Both the position numbers and the translations under genes were made by a program. A DNA stretch of 63,872 nt, filler included, from Rhabdomonas costata (lineage: Eukaryota): the NCBI GenBank assembly GCA_019059605.1. It is 18 parts of 18 records of this genome, joined end to end, with 100 filler letters (N's around TTAATTAATTAA, not from the genome) between each part and the next. Parts side by side here need not be neighbours in the genome. Positions count along the whole stretch, not along the records: positions 1 to 3,443 come from JAHMHO010000838.1; positions 3,544 to 6,987 come from JAHMHO010000839.1; positions 7,088 to 10,526 come from JAHMHO010000840.1; positions 10,627 to 14,068 come from JAHMHO010000841.1; 14 more parts are not named here. One strand, given 5' to 3'. The notes under the pieces are model-generated. The model searched no databases, had not been told where the DNA came from, and saw only the letters and a program-made list of their open reading frames with translations. Positions 1-12,262 of this stretch are shown one piece after another. Positions within the stretch are counted from its first letter, which is position 1, and each line of letters opens with the position of its first letter.

Positions 1-1156
1 GGTTTTGGTTTTATCGTGTGTGCACGGTGTAACGGATATCAGCGTGTCTGCCCTTACTCGGGCATTAACACATATGAACCCATATGAACCCCGGTTCGGG
101 ATCCTGTGAATCAACTTCCATGGAAGTTAATGCTTCACAGGATCTTAAAAAGGTGAGGGGTTAATAAGCTAGGGGTGGAGAGTCGCGTCGTAACCACAGG
201 TTGCCAGCCACAGTTTGCCATATGCCCGGAGTGCAGACCAGCACAGATGCGCACACTGTAGCCGGTTATGTCCATTTTCGTGCTTGGCATTTGTGGAGAG
301 GAAAGGATAGCAAAAACCTTTCCTTGGGCTGTTGTGAAATAGTGTGGGGGAGAGCGGGTCTCCAGTGGTTCCGGTGCTCTCTGCGGCACAGGATCCTTGG
401 TGTTCCTTGTGACGGGCACCCACCCACACACACACACACACAATATTTTTCAGGACCCAATTGCGTGTCCCAGGAGTTTTGTTTGTGCGTCCATGTGTGT
501 TTGTCTGTGGCCTGGCGGTTGGTTCGTTTGCGTTGCCGAGCAATGGGTGAGTAGCTACGGTGGTAGCCGCAAGCGCACGATGACTTTTTTATTTGCTCTT
601 TGTTTGTTCTGCTGCTTCTTGGCTTTATTTTTTTGCAGGCCTTTCAGCCCACCGGGCGCCTCTCACGCGATCTGGTAAGCTCCCCGCTCATGTAACTGTA
701 CAAGTAAAAATGACCCACCCCTTGGGTTCCCTACATTCCCTTCATATGCGTCAGCGCTGACGCCGCGTCGATGGCCGTGGTTGCCCCCGCACGGGCGCCT
801 GGAGCCACGTGCTTCATGTCTGCTTGTCTGTTTGCATGGTGGTTTCAGCAGGAGCAGTGCCCCGCCCACTCATGCTGCTACACAGCAGCTCCTGCGATAC
901 CTTTTCTGTCTGTTTGCGTCAATTATGGGCTCCGTTCTGAGAGAGCGAAGGAAATGTTTTTGTCGTTGCTTCCTGAATGGTTTCTTTAGTCGAGCCGACA
1001 CAGCAGACACGGAGAAAAGAAGGGGGTCATTGCTAAACTGCGGTATCATATGATGAGAAACCTGCCACGTTGCGCTATGAGGAGAATGTGTCGTGTGTTG
1101 TTTTTTCGGGATCCTGCAAAAGGAATATTTTCCGCGCAAACAAAAATCCCACGAAG

Positions 1157-1320
1157 GCTGATGAAGCTTCCCAAATGGGGGGAGGTGCGGTCCACGAGCG
1201 TTTTCAACAACATTCGCCGCCCTCCCAACACCGCGGCCGAGGTCCTGGCGAACGCCATGTTCAAGTACGCCGGGGTCAAGCTTCCCGCGGCTTCCGTGGG
1301 GGCAGAAGCGGCGCCCACAG
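1157..1320 (+). CDS. Probable internal exon of an unknown protein
   Basis: GC3-rich block (LMKLPKWGEVRSTSVFNNIRRPPNTAAEVLANAMFKYAGVKLP...) bounded by AAG| and |GTATGT. No recognisable family. Confidence 0.35.
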
Positions 1321-3443
1321 GTATGTGTCATGACTCTAGGCGATATATAGCTCTTGCTAAGTGATGTGTGTGTGGGGGGGGTACCGAGTAACTCCCCTGC
1401 CTCGGGTGTACGAGTGCCTCCCCTGCCTGGGTATGTTAGGCGCCAGTGGTTTCCGCGTCCCAACGTCTTGTTCAAAGCGCCATCTTGCGGCTTTGGACGA
1501 GTACCATGAAGCATGCACCCAATGGTATCGGATACCTCTGCACGCACAAGGGTATCACGGTACATTGCAAGCTCCCCCTCCCTCAAGCAGACCCGTTCGT
1601 AGTGAGCTGGACGCAGTTTTAAAAGTATGTTGCGATCGCTACGCAGATGACGACACACCGACGCGTGCATCGCCCCCTAACTCCCCAGTGAAACCTTCTG
1701 TTGGAAGCGCGCTACAGGGGGCCTGTGTTGTTCTGGTGTGCCACTTTCACCAACCCCTGCACGCAGTAGATGTTATTCTAGTGTGAATTTATTGCCCGTT
1801 TCACCTCAAAACTGAGAGGTGGAAAAACGTTTCCAAAACAAAGAAGGAGACATTTCGGACTTGCAGAGCTTTGCTTTTCGATTTTCACCCCTGTTGTCTG
1901 AATGAAATTCAATTGTGGGTGTTTTCTGCTGATGCATTTGGTTTGGTGAATTGTGTGCCGATTTTATCACAGAAAAACACCCCTGCTTCCGAGTTCCAGT
2001 TTGCTGACAGTGATTGATTTTAGGCAAGTGAAGTAAAATATTCATTTTGATGTGCATCTTTTCTCCTGGGAGTTCCTACAGTTTGATGGTTGTGTGGAAA
2101 ACTCTCCCTTTTGAGATGAAACGGGCGATATATTTGCTTCACATCATAGGATGCTGCACAACAGTACGCATCAGGGTGATCAAGGCATAAAAATTGTCCC
2201 TCTGCACACCGTCGGGTCGCATCGTTTCACACGGCACAGCAATAACATCGTGAGACCTGACATCGTGAGAGCTGTGGTGCAGATTTTTTCTACGCTTGTA
2301 TGCAGTTAATGCGAGCTTGATTTTGGAAGGTGACCTCGGCTAGGGCATGGTCTCTATCGATGTCTGTGCTCGAATTCGTTGCTCTTCGCACTATCCTCTT
2401 TCTCTCCGCACTGACCCTTCGACCGCTCCGATCTGCACTGCTTCTTCCTCGGTGCCGCATTTTGAATTGCATTTTTGCCCCGAATGTTTCGGGTATACGC
2501 CTGCCACACATCACTCATGCGGTACTGTTCTCCCGAGCTTCTCTCCTTTTTGCATCTGTGCTGCTGTTGTGTGCCCCCTTTGAACACTTTGAACACTGGT
2601 CAATGTGCTGATGTTCCGTAGGTCGTTTTCCTCTTCTATTGTTCAGGACTGTTTGGTCTGGCCCAGCCGGAGAAGGCCTCTGAGAAGCCTGACACGGAAA
2701 AGCCCGCTGAGGATGTGGCTCCACCAGAGATGTAACCTCTCTCACTCTCCAACAACGGCGTGCATATCATGTTTAGCCAGAGAAAGCTGGGGGGTTGTTT
2801 TTTATGCGTTTGATGTGATTCTTTAGATTAGAGATTATCTCGCCTTCCAAGCGAGATAAATGGACGTTTCTTTTGTTTCTGTTTGTGTGCGTGTGTCTGT
2901 TGGTGTGCATCTGTCTCCACGGTGAGAGTCTTCCTCGCTTTTCTCGAGGGCAGATGTACACAACTTTCCTTCCTTTCTGTTTTTTCTTTCTGTCCGGCTA
3001 GCTTTCTTCAAGTTTCGTCCTCACCACCACCACCACCATCCCTGTCAGCTCATGCCCGATGAAGTCGCATTCCTCAATGCCTCTTCTTTGCCAGAGTTGT
3101 GCCCCCATTGCCCTTACCCTTCGGTGCCTGTTGGGCCCTTCCAGCAGCGCGCAAGCACATGGATGCCCATACGCACCCATGAACCGTGCTTGATTCCTTG
3201 TCAAGTATTGATTCGTTGTTTCTGAAGTGAAAAGGGTGAGGAGTGAGAAGGGCAAGTACCGCAAATTCCCACGAAGGCGGTGCATTCACGAATAAATGAG
3301 CATCTGGGTATGGGTTCCCTGGGGATTCCTGATCAAATTCGGAAGTTAGATCCGATCCCTGCCCTTTCAGAATCCCACAGCTGGTCATTATCTCGACGAG
3401 AAGGGGGCGACCATTGACTGGGTTGGCCGGGGCTCTCGGGAAG

Positions 3444-3543
3444 NNNNNNNNNNNNNNNNNNNNNNNNNNNNNNNNNNNNNNNNNNNNTTAATTAATTAAN
3501 NNNNNNNNNNNNNNNNNNNNNNNNNNNNNNNNNNNNNNNNNNN
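3444..3543. other. Artificial contig spacer (N-run + TTAATTAATTAA + N-run), first of 17
   Basis: The same 100-nt spacer, with stops in all six frames, lies at 3444-3543, 6988-7087, 10527-10626, 14069-14168, 17606-17705, 21141-21240, 24682-24781, 28227-28326, 31761-31860, 35295-35394, 38825-38924, 42360-42459, 45893-45992, 49425-49524, 52953-53052, 56494-56593 and 60023-60122. Confidence 0.98.
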
Positions 3544-4778
3544 GTTGTGTGTGGTAACCGATAGTTGTGGTAACACAATAATGCCTTGAGACCATTGTCA
3601 CAACTTGACTTGAGGCTTTCCTATATGACTTTTTGAACGTTCACGTAAAATATGCCACTCTCGAAATGACTTTATTTTTTGCAAGGAGGTTGGGTTAACT
3701 TTGCGTGCTTCGTTGAGGAGTGTTTTAGCAGCTGAAAACTACATATGGCTGGGAACCGGACAGCATTCGTTTAGGAAGGAAAGTTTGAGGCGCGGCGGCA
3801 GGGGCGGCAAGGTGAACTGAGGGACCTTTAACGACTTTTTTCAGACAATGCTTCCATTGGAAAATTGCTACTAATGGTAACCATCACCAACACCACCCCC
3901 AACCTCGGAGCCCTGGAACCTAAACTGGACGGACCCATGGATGACCGATGCATAACTAAAGCAGTGGGGAAGCAAAGCTTCAGAATGACTGAAAAAAGGG
4001 TAGGCAAGAATGGAAGGCAGGGGGAAACCAGTGATAGCAGAAAGAAGAATCAAGTAGAATTGATGCGGGGAAGGAAGCCCTTCTGCCTCAAACGGACCTG
4101 CATTACATGACTGACAGTTGAAAGTTCCATCGTCCTTCAATCGCGCGTCGAATCGTCACTATTTCACCACCCCGGCATTTTTGGATGATCCTTGCGTGCG
4201 GAAAGGGGACAGAAACCAGCCGCACGTGACGGTTAGCTTCAATGTTGTCATGTGCAGGTTTGTTTTTACTGAAGACGACCCCTTTTGCTCTTTGTTTCGG
4301 GTGAGACGAAAGCAAACACCAGAGAAAAAGAAGGTGATTAAAAATTGACACATATGCACTCAAGTGTTCGCACTCCTCTCTATCAGCAATCTGACTGTTT
4401 GTTTGATCAATCAATCGAGCAGTCAATAACCGATCATTGAATGACCCAAATTTAGCTTAGATGCACCCATACCGGGCATCTCAAATTATCACCTACATAC
4501 TAGTGAAAAGGAAAGAGACGCAGTTTCGTCTTCCCTCAGCATGGCTGCTTCCTCGCAAGCATCCTGGATAAAATTCCTCTTTGGTTGTCAAGCTTTAAGA
4601 AAAGAAAACTTTCCAGTTTTTGTTTTTTCAAGTATGAAGCGTGAGTGCTATGGGCAAATCTGCGGTTGTGCGGGGTGCCCGTTGGTAGCAATTGGCAGCA
4701 AATAATGTCTTTGTACGACTCGATTTCACACGTCACTTTCAGCGCCAGCACCTCCGGCTGAAGGTTGCCGATGCACAC

Positions 4779-5406
4779 CTGGGGGTCGGACTTGGTTCTT
4801 GCTAAGCCACCGGGTCATCTCCCTCTTGCTAGTGATGTTCGTGCCAAGCAGGATGTTTACCGTGTCGATGTTCACCGGAATGGGCACCACATTGCCGTCC
4901 ACCCGGCCCACTACGCGGTGGTGGTACGGCACCCACCCCGAAAACTGCTGCAAGTACTCCCACACTTCCGCGTGCTTGGTGTGGAACAGGTGCGCCCCGT
5001 AGAGGTTCACCAGGACGTCCGTCTCAGGGTCGAGGTAATCGAAGCAATTGCCACCGATGTGAGGCCGCCGCTCAATTACAAGCACCGTCTTTCCAAGCAC
5101 ACGGGCGTACCGGTCAGCCAACACCGCTCCGGAAAGTCCTGCCCCAACAACTACGATGTTGGGAGAGATATCAGGGGGCACGCTGTGGTGCAGGCGAAGC
5201 CCAGGAAGGTCTTCGGGGTGGGTGCGGAGCCTGCGCAGCAACCTAGGGACGTAGTCAAACTCCCGCAGCGGGGGCGGAGTGCGGGAAGGTTGGGGCTCGT
5301 GAGAGGGCTGCACAGCGGGCGGTTCAGAGAAGCCCCCGAAGAAAATCGCCAGCGCAAAAAGGTTCATCAGCACAGCAAAACCGATCCCAAGAGTGGCGAT
5401 ATTCAT
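4779..5406 (-). CDS. glf: UDP-galactopyranose mutase (bacterial Glf-type) with N-terminal signal anchor, exon 1 (partial gene)
   Basis: FAD Rossmann motif VVVGAGLSG, then IERRPHIGGNCFDY, YGAHLFHT, YHHRV and PIPVNIDT. Hydrophobic N-terminus plus a Pro-rich stem. The exon ends at CCAG|GTGTGC (4779/4778). Downstream exons were not found in this contig. Confidence 0.88.
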
Positions 5407-7209
5407 GGTATTCTAAAACGTAGAGCAAAAACGACATGTAAGGGCGCTGCGCGCCCTGACGCCGATCTAAGGGGTCCCGAACCGAAACGAAGCGGTTTGC
5501 CATCTTCGTATTTCGTTCCGATTGCTGGCACAGCCACGTCAGGTGTCACTCGCGCGAATGACGCTATACGACGCTGTACGGGTGAACAACACTTTTCGGC
5601 CTATGTCGGTGAACCCCGTTGGAAAAGGATCAAAAACTGGAATATCGGCTGAAAATATTCGGTAGTCACAAGCCTCCAAACCGAGTATTTTTGTTCCATG
5701 AGCCCGAAAGAAGGGGATTAGGTCACCTTCTCCGACTTCAACTCGACGTTTGCTTCGCTTTTTAGTCAGAAAGCAGGGGTTTGTGGGGTTTGGGGGGTTT
5801 GGGCGTCTTAAAAAACTCGCCAAGTCGACCGCCCATGAAATTGAAATTTCTCATCAGGGGGAACGTGGTTCGAAGATACAAATCGTTGATTTTTGTGAGC
5901 GACCTTTTCCATGAGATAGCATATTAACCTGACATACACACATACTCGTATATCAACCCTGCACTTACTACGTTCTTACCTCAGTTGTTTTCGTTTCGGA
6001 AACAAATTCAGAGAAACCGAGTAAAGAACCCCAAACAAGTGCACCCACACCAAGCGAACATAGCACAAACAGAGCCCGCAGCTCTCTTGAGGGCACCAAT
6101 CGTCCTCTTTGCTTTCTCTCTCACGATTTGTGATGGTGTGTCATCGCCGCTTCGCGTCAAACCATCACAAATATTCCTCGGGTGTCACCGCCATCTTCAT
6201 TGCAAACATGCGAAATCGCATCATTGGACAGCACATATTACGGCTGACTCTCCGCTGATTCCAAAGAACATTCTCGCAACTAAGACTATCACTGGATTTT
6301 CCCTACTTTCCATGACCCAGGTCAGCATATGTGCTTTTCTAAAACAAAGGGCCAAACGCACACCAGCACACAAAGTACACTGTTCCCAAAAAACAGTGAC
6401 AGCGGCAAGTGCTCACATTGCACCGCACACACGCACACACACGCACACACACAGAAAGGCACACAATGGCGGGGGGGACATTTGTGAGTACGTTCTCATG
6501 CCGTTGAGGATACGCGAGCAGAAGCCTTGGAAAGAGCTCAAAAGACAATGCACGGAAGCACAACGCAGGCATGCGTGCAGTTGTCATCTCTAATGGCTTC
6601 CCTGGCTGAATCCTGCAGAACTGTCCTCTCACGGGGTAAAAAAAGCTTGTGGGGGGATTTGAACTCTGTGATGCGCTCGGGCACCATCGAGAGTTGGCGC
6701 GCGCCACGCAATGTTCCAGTTCCAAGAACCGAAGCAAGACAGCAAACACACACACACATCTCTCAACAACCTAAATGTTTAGGGGGATCGCGCGGGGCCA
6801 CTGGGCGCCGCAAAGCAAAAACGAACCAACCACGACATCAGTATTTGCAAATCTCCCCATGCGGAACGCAAGTAACTCAGCTAAACTCACATTCATTCCT
6901 GCAACCTCCATACTCAATGCATCCCAGGGCAACCATCTGTCCTTGATGAGTTCCACATCTTCGGCGATCATGAAAAGAACACACACANNNNNNNNNNNNN
7001 NNNNNNNNNNNNNNNNNNNNNNNNNNNNNNNTTAATTAATTAANNNNNNNNNNNNNNNNNNNNNNNNNNNNNNNNNNNNNNNNNNNNTTTTGTTTGGCTA
7101 TTTTTGAGCTTTTCAGGGCCGTTATTGGTCAATTTTGGGGTCCTCCTGGAGACTTCACAAACGAGAAAGGGAAGCTCACGGTGCAACTATAATATCAGGG
7201 GGTCGACAC

Positions 7210-7489
7210 CTGCCACTGCGTCCTCCAACATCTTCTGAAGCTGCCCGCTGTCGTGCAGTGCCAAGATTACTTGGTGCCCCCCAATGTAGCGGTCACCGAA
7301 GAACACCTGGGGCACCACCTTGTGGCCGCGGGCAAGCAGCACCATCCCCGCCCTTCGGCGGGGGTTCCGGGAGAGGTTGATCTCTACCAGCTGGGAGCTC
7401 GCCTCTCGGCCCAGGGTCTTCTCTAGCATCCTCACCGTATGCTGACACTCCGTGCTGCCGTCTGCCACGAAGACAGTGATCCGACCCAT
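7210..7489 (-). CDS. Glutaredoxin-like domain protein, first exon (partial)
   Basis: MGRITVFVADGSTEC...VEINLS...VVPQVFFGDRYIGG: Grx fold with the cis-Pro VPQVF motif and GG. Active site is SxxC rather than CxxC. Donor GCAG|GTGTCG. Confidence 0.75.
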
Positions 7490-8398
7490 TTCGGAGATGC
7501 AGAAAGAGAGAGGCTCAACACAATGGAGAAAGAGAGATGCGGGGATGGAGGGAAGCGTTCACGGAAGGAAAAAAAGATTGGCCCCCGAAGGGTTACATCA
7601 AAGGAACATGGGAACAGCTACAGGAGCAGAGAGAGGCTTTGTGCAGGCGTGGAAGCGTCACACAGACACACACAAACATGCACTGAGTTACGTGTGAAAC
7701 ATGGAATACGGTACGGCTATTGTCTGGCACCGATATAGCATACATCCGCCAAAAAAAACTGCAGACACTTTAACAAATCAACCGAACCCATGCCGCACCG
7801 CTCGAACAGGGAGAAATAATTCATTCTCCACAACCCTTCTCCCTTCATGGGTCAATGTTCAGAGATTTTGGATGCAACACCTAAGCCACACCACAACTTT
7901 GACTCTACGGGGACAAAGAGAAAGACGGGTCGAAGAAGTCCAAGAAATGGCCATGCTTTTTCACTTTTGTTCGTTTTTGAGGAATTTTCGACAATAATCG
8001 GGGGCACGGCAGCAGTGATAACCGCAATAAAGTTGGTTCTTATACAATATTTTGTGAGAGCCGCTGTTATTCGAGCAGGGTGGTGTAACAAAAATTAATG
8101 ACCCCCCTTTTTTTTTCCCAAAGAGAAGCTCCGCTTTCAATCGAAGAAGCGGATCTCAATGCGAGAAAGCAGGCAGAGCGCGTTGTATGTTGGGCTTGCT
8201 CACGGGTTTTTTTTCTTGTCATCCATTTTTGGATGTGTCTCCTGCTTTAAACTGTTTTCTGCATTTCCTGCTTCACGTCCTCTCCGTGCCAGGAATTGCC
8301 GAGCACAAAACGGAGTGAGGCAATATTCAGGTATGCAAAGAAATCGAAAGAGAGCGATTCTGTCTGTCACGCAACGGCCAACAACTGGACTGCAAGTG

Positions 8399-9974
8399 TC
8401 ACCATCGGTACTGCCCTGGTCCAGGCTGCTTGTAATAGAATTCATTCTGCCAGCGTGGCCTCGCAGAGGGCCCCCGCTTCAGCGGCTTCACTGGTTTGAG
8501 GCGAGGCTGAGCCTGTAAGAAAGCAGAGAGAGAGCCTACATTATAAATTAAATACCCCCGGCCTGCTTCGGCCCTCTGTTTAACAGGAACCAGCGAGAGA
8601 GGGAACGGAACCCAATTAAACACCCCCCGGCATTTGCACGAAGCTGTTGTCATGCTGCCATTGCTTTGCAGTAGCGCCCTTGATTTCAACTTATGCGCGC
8701 AATAATGTGGCGCCCAGTGGCCTCGGTTTGTGTGTGTGCGTGTGCGGTGAGTGATGCGGCCAGGGAACCCAGAAACTCACCGGAAAGAACCCCTGTACGG
8801 TCCGAAGACGCGTCGGTGCCTACCGAAAAATGGTTCGGCGCCATTTAGACACTTCCAAATTCATTTCGCAGATGAAAAGCGCTACCTCTTTGACCAGCTT
8901 GATAATTCACTGATAACGCGCGCGACATCCCGCAGATGTGTGTGCGGATGTGGTGCGATCACCAGTACCTCGAAACCCTGCAAGGTAACAAAATAAAGAA
9001 CACACCAGCTTGAAGATCTGAGGCGGATAATACGAGCGGGGCTGAATCACAGGGTCAGGCAAGCCCTTGAACAGCTGCAAACCGGTCATCACGTGCCCCT
9101 CTATGCAGAAATTGTACCGACAAACCAACAACAAGAACGTACCGCTTGCAAAAAAAAAAGGAAACCCTAATTAACTCTTTTTGACTTCACCGCCTTTTTA
9201 GGGGTTCCCGTACCACACCTCAACGTGAACCGGCCAGGGTGGTTGAATTGCCCAAATCCCAATGTCGCTAAACCTCAGCCGACATATTGCACCCCATCCC
9301 ACCCCCCGCAACGAACCCTGTTGAATGGAGTCTCCCGGTGAACCTTGCTCCAGTGAATTATTGGGCAGGGCACAGACCTTGGGTCCGTGCAGGAATTGAT
9401 TCACTAGCCATCTTCCTCCCCTCCTCCAGACACAACAGCTGGAGGACTCGAAGTCATGCACAAACACATACCTTGGCCCCAAGTTTTTAGGTCAGGCAGG
9501 TTAACAGCAGTGACCCAGGAGTTCTCGTAGTACCCTGGCACTTTCATTGTGGCTTTCTTCTTCTCCTCCTCTTTCTGCATCACACAAAGAGGCAAAACAT
9601 GGGCGCACATTTTCACAATTTGCATCACGCTTCCGTCCACATCGGACTGTCACAGGGTCAGTCATCGGCCAAAGAGAGAGACCATTCACAATCGAAGTCA
9701 GAAACAAAATTGCTCTCGTTCCCGCTTTTGAATGCAACAAAAACACCAGAGACGTATCTAAGAGGTGCGAGACAAGATGGTGTCGTCACTCATTCCCCAA
9801 CAATTGCATGTATCTACGCACCACTGCCCGAAGGACAGTGAAGGCCATGTCGATTGGGGACCTCGAAGGCACTCCTTTGGGGGAAGTGCCCCCTTTGCCC
9901 GCGGCGGCAGCAGGGGTAGCACCCGCGGCGGGGGCCTTCGCCTTGGCCAGCCCAAGGCGGCCGAGCCGCAACAT
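8399..9974 (-). CDS. Mitochondrial ribosomal protein mL54-like (4 exons: 9974-9822, 9574-9472, 9100-9006, 8512-8399)
   Basis: GT-AG introns with consistent phases. The MLRLGRLG N-terminus resembles a mitochondrial presequence. Exon 3 TGLQLFKGLPDPVIQPRSYYPPQIFKL matches the mL54 core (G.N..K.G.DP.L.P...YP.WL..L). Confidence 0.65.
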
Positions 9975-10819
9975 TCACGGGGAGAAGGCAGAAGAGGCAA
10001 GCGCGGGAAGAAAGAGGTGAGAAAGGGAACGGGACGTGGAGAGATATTCAATGGAGAAATCTTAACGCTTCAAAAGAAACACTCACTACAACAAAGACGC
10101 CATGAAGACCCAGCATGTTAAACACTTTTCCGAGCAAATCTGTGAGACTTCTCAGGGTCTCAAGGTGGTTAACTTCCTTCAACCAGCAAAATCGTTTATC
10201 AGGGTGCAACAATGTTGATCCCTAAGCGCTAGGAACCAAACTTTATGGGCCACCGCACCAGGTTCCAAAGGAAGAGCCCAACACACGATTTCCGAGCTGA
10301 GTATGAAAGCAAAAAAGGCGGTTACACAGCCCTCAGAAGAACGCAGCACACCGCGGAATCAGCAAGGAGAACAAAACCTGCGGTCTAAAACCCATGATAA
10401 GACCATGGTCGAAATTGCAGAACGGATTTTGGGGTTCCCTGATCGCTTGTCACCTCGTAAGGAGGCACGGACACAATAATGCGGCAGGGTATGATCTTCG
10501 AAATCTCGGCTTCATTAAACACAAACNNNNNNNNNNNNNNNNNNNNNNNNNNNNNNNNNNNNNNNNNNNNTTAATTAATTAANNNNNNNNNNNNNNNNNN
10601 NNNNNNNNNNNNNNNNNNNNNNNNNNTGTGTGGGGGTGAGTAACGCACGCGCAGGCCGCCGTGGCGTCAGGAAGGAAAGCGCAAACGAACGACATCAGAA
10701 AACCTTATCCAACAATATCGAACATAAGTGGAGAGATGGGTCTCAAACGGTGCTACCCATGGGACTGGAGGCACCAAGGAAGTAGTGAAAGTAACCTGGA
10801 GGCCTGGAAGCGCGGCCGC

Positions 10820-12262
10820 TCATACCCTCCAGCTTACGAACACTCCGGGGTGCGGGTGAGTCCAGTTGTTTTTCTTCATGTACTCAAAGTAGGCCGGAAT
10901 GTCCACCACAAAATAGTTGTGCACAAAGACGCGGTCCCTCCATTTGGTGAGGTCGAGCCATTCTGCCTCGTCCGCAAACAGCCCAAAGGCCTTCAGCCAC
11001 ATTTCCTGGTCTGTCCAACGGTATGACCACAAGCCCCGAGGAAAGATGTTGAAGAACCGAGCCATGTCCAAGAACTCCGGGGACTGGTGGTAACCCAGCC
11101 ACCCTCCAAAGAAGTTGCCATGTGCCCCAAGGCTTTCGTTGAGGAACCATGACCTTGAGGCCGCCGCAGGGCGCAGGGTGTGCATGCACCTCTCGCTTTG
11201 CAGAGCCCCGTAGGTCTCCACCATAAGCCCAATATTAACCGTACATGCTGCCAGCAGCGGGATGATCCCACTGTGAAATATCAAGGCCCGGTTCTCTGCC
11301 ATTGCGGCAACGATACTCTGGGGCAAGGGAGCCAAAAACTGAATGTCTGTGTCGACCTTCAGCCAAAAGTCAAAGAGGTCCAGAATTCTAAGGAAGAAGA
11401 GCTGGTGAGTGTAAAACCGGTTGGTCTGAACATAGCTGTACAACGCCATCTGAGGGACACACCCTGAACGAATTCTGTATCTTTTCATTATATTCCGAGC
11501 GAACCGCTTCCGCCCCATATCGTGGACCCACAGCGGGGCATCGAGCCAGAGAGAACCAATGAGTACATAGCTGGTGTTTGCCGATCCAGCGGGGCAATAA
11601 TTGTACAATGTATAGCCTTCATCCAGCTCCGAAACATTCCCATAAGGATGGTGTCTTGCCGACACTCCCTCTGGGGATTCCCAAGGAACAGGACGAAGCC
11701 CCAGCTTCAGCACAATATAAGCCACAGAGATTCGGGCCTCACGGTCCAAGAGAATGAGCAAAGGCAGCCTGTGTGGGGTCAATAGGTGCACGTGCCACGA
11801 GGGCCAGCGGAGCGCAAAGATGTTCAGCTGAGCCTGAGCGTTAAACTTCGAGCTGCCCTGACCTCCCAGCAACAGTACGACCAGCCCCTCGGCAGATCGG
11901 GGATCCACCCACGTCCGCGCTGGAGTGAAGTGAAAGGGCTCCGGCGGCCCCACAATCCGGGCAGCAGAGAACGGGGCCCTCGGAAATTCGCACTGCGCCT
12001 TTTGCCGGGAGGGCCCCAGCAGACTTCGATTGCGAAACACCCGACCCGCGAACCGGTAGACTGGAAAGCTGCTGCTGTCTGCAGCAGTGGTAGTGACAGC
12101 CGGGACTGGGGCCAATTCTGTGGAGGGGACCTCAAGTTTGGGCAAGACCATCGGGTCGCCCTCTTCCGCGGGAGCGTGCCAAAACGTAAACCACACCAGC
12201 GAGATCGCGAAAGACACCAGAAAGCTGCGCAAAGCCGCAACTCGCGAGAAGAGCACAGCCAT
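10820..12262 (-). CDS. GT15/Kre2-like glycosyltransferase (alpha-1,2-mannosyltransferase-like), intronless type II membrane protein
   Basis: N-terminal TM (FLVSFAISLVWFTFW), YVQTNRFYTHQLF, FDFWLKVDTD (DxD motif), GNFFGG and GLWSYRWTDQ. The likely ATG at 12262 is preceded directly by CAG. Confidence 0.72.
   Translation of the reverse strand: MAVLFSRVAALRSFLVSFAISLVWFTFWHAPAEEGDPMVLPKLEVPSTELAPVPAVTTTAADSSSFPVYRFAGRVFRNRSLLGPSRQKAQCEFPRAPFSAARIVGPPEPFHFTPARTWVDPRSAEGLVVLLLGGQGSSKFNAQAQLNIFALRWPSWHVHLLTPHRLPLLILLDREARISVAYIVLKLGLRPVPWESPEGVSARHHPYGNVSELDEGYTLYNYCPAGSANTSYVLIGSLWLDAPLWVHDMGRKRFARNIMKRYRIRSGCVPQMALYSYVQTNRFYTHQLFFLRILDLFDFWLKVDTDIQFLAPLPQSIVAAMAENRALIFHSGIIPLLAACTVNIGLMVETYGALQSERCMHTLRPAAASRSWFLNESLGAHGNFFGGWLGYHQSPEFLDMARFFNIFPRGLWSYRWTDQEMWLKAFGLFADEAEWLDLTKWRDRVFVHNYFVVDIPAYFEYMKKNNWTHPHPGVFVSWRV

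Noticed and set aside
4765-5652. 295-aa plus-strand ORF (likewise 11786-12571 and 39733-40407)
   Set aside because: Antisense shadows of GC3-rich genes on the minus strand.
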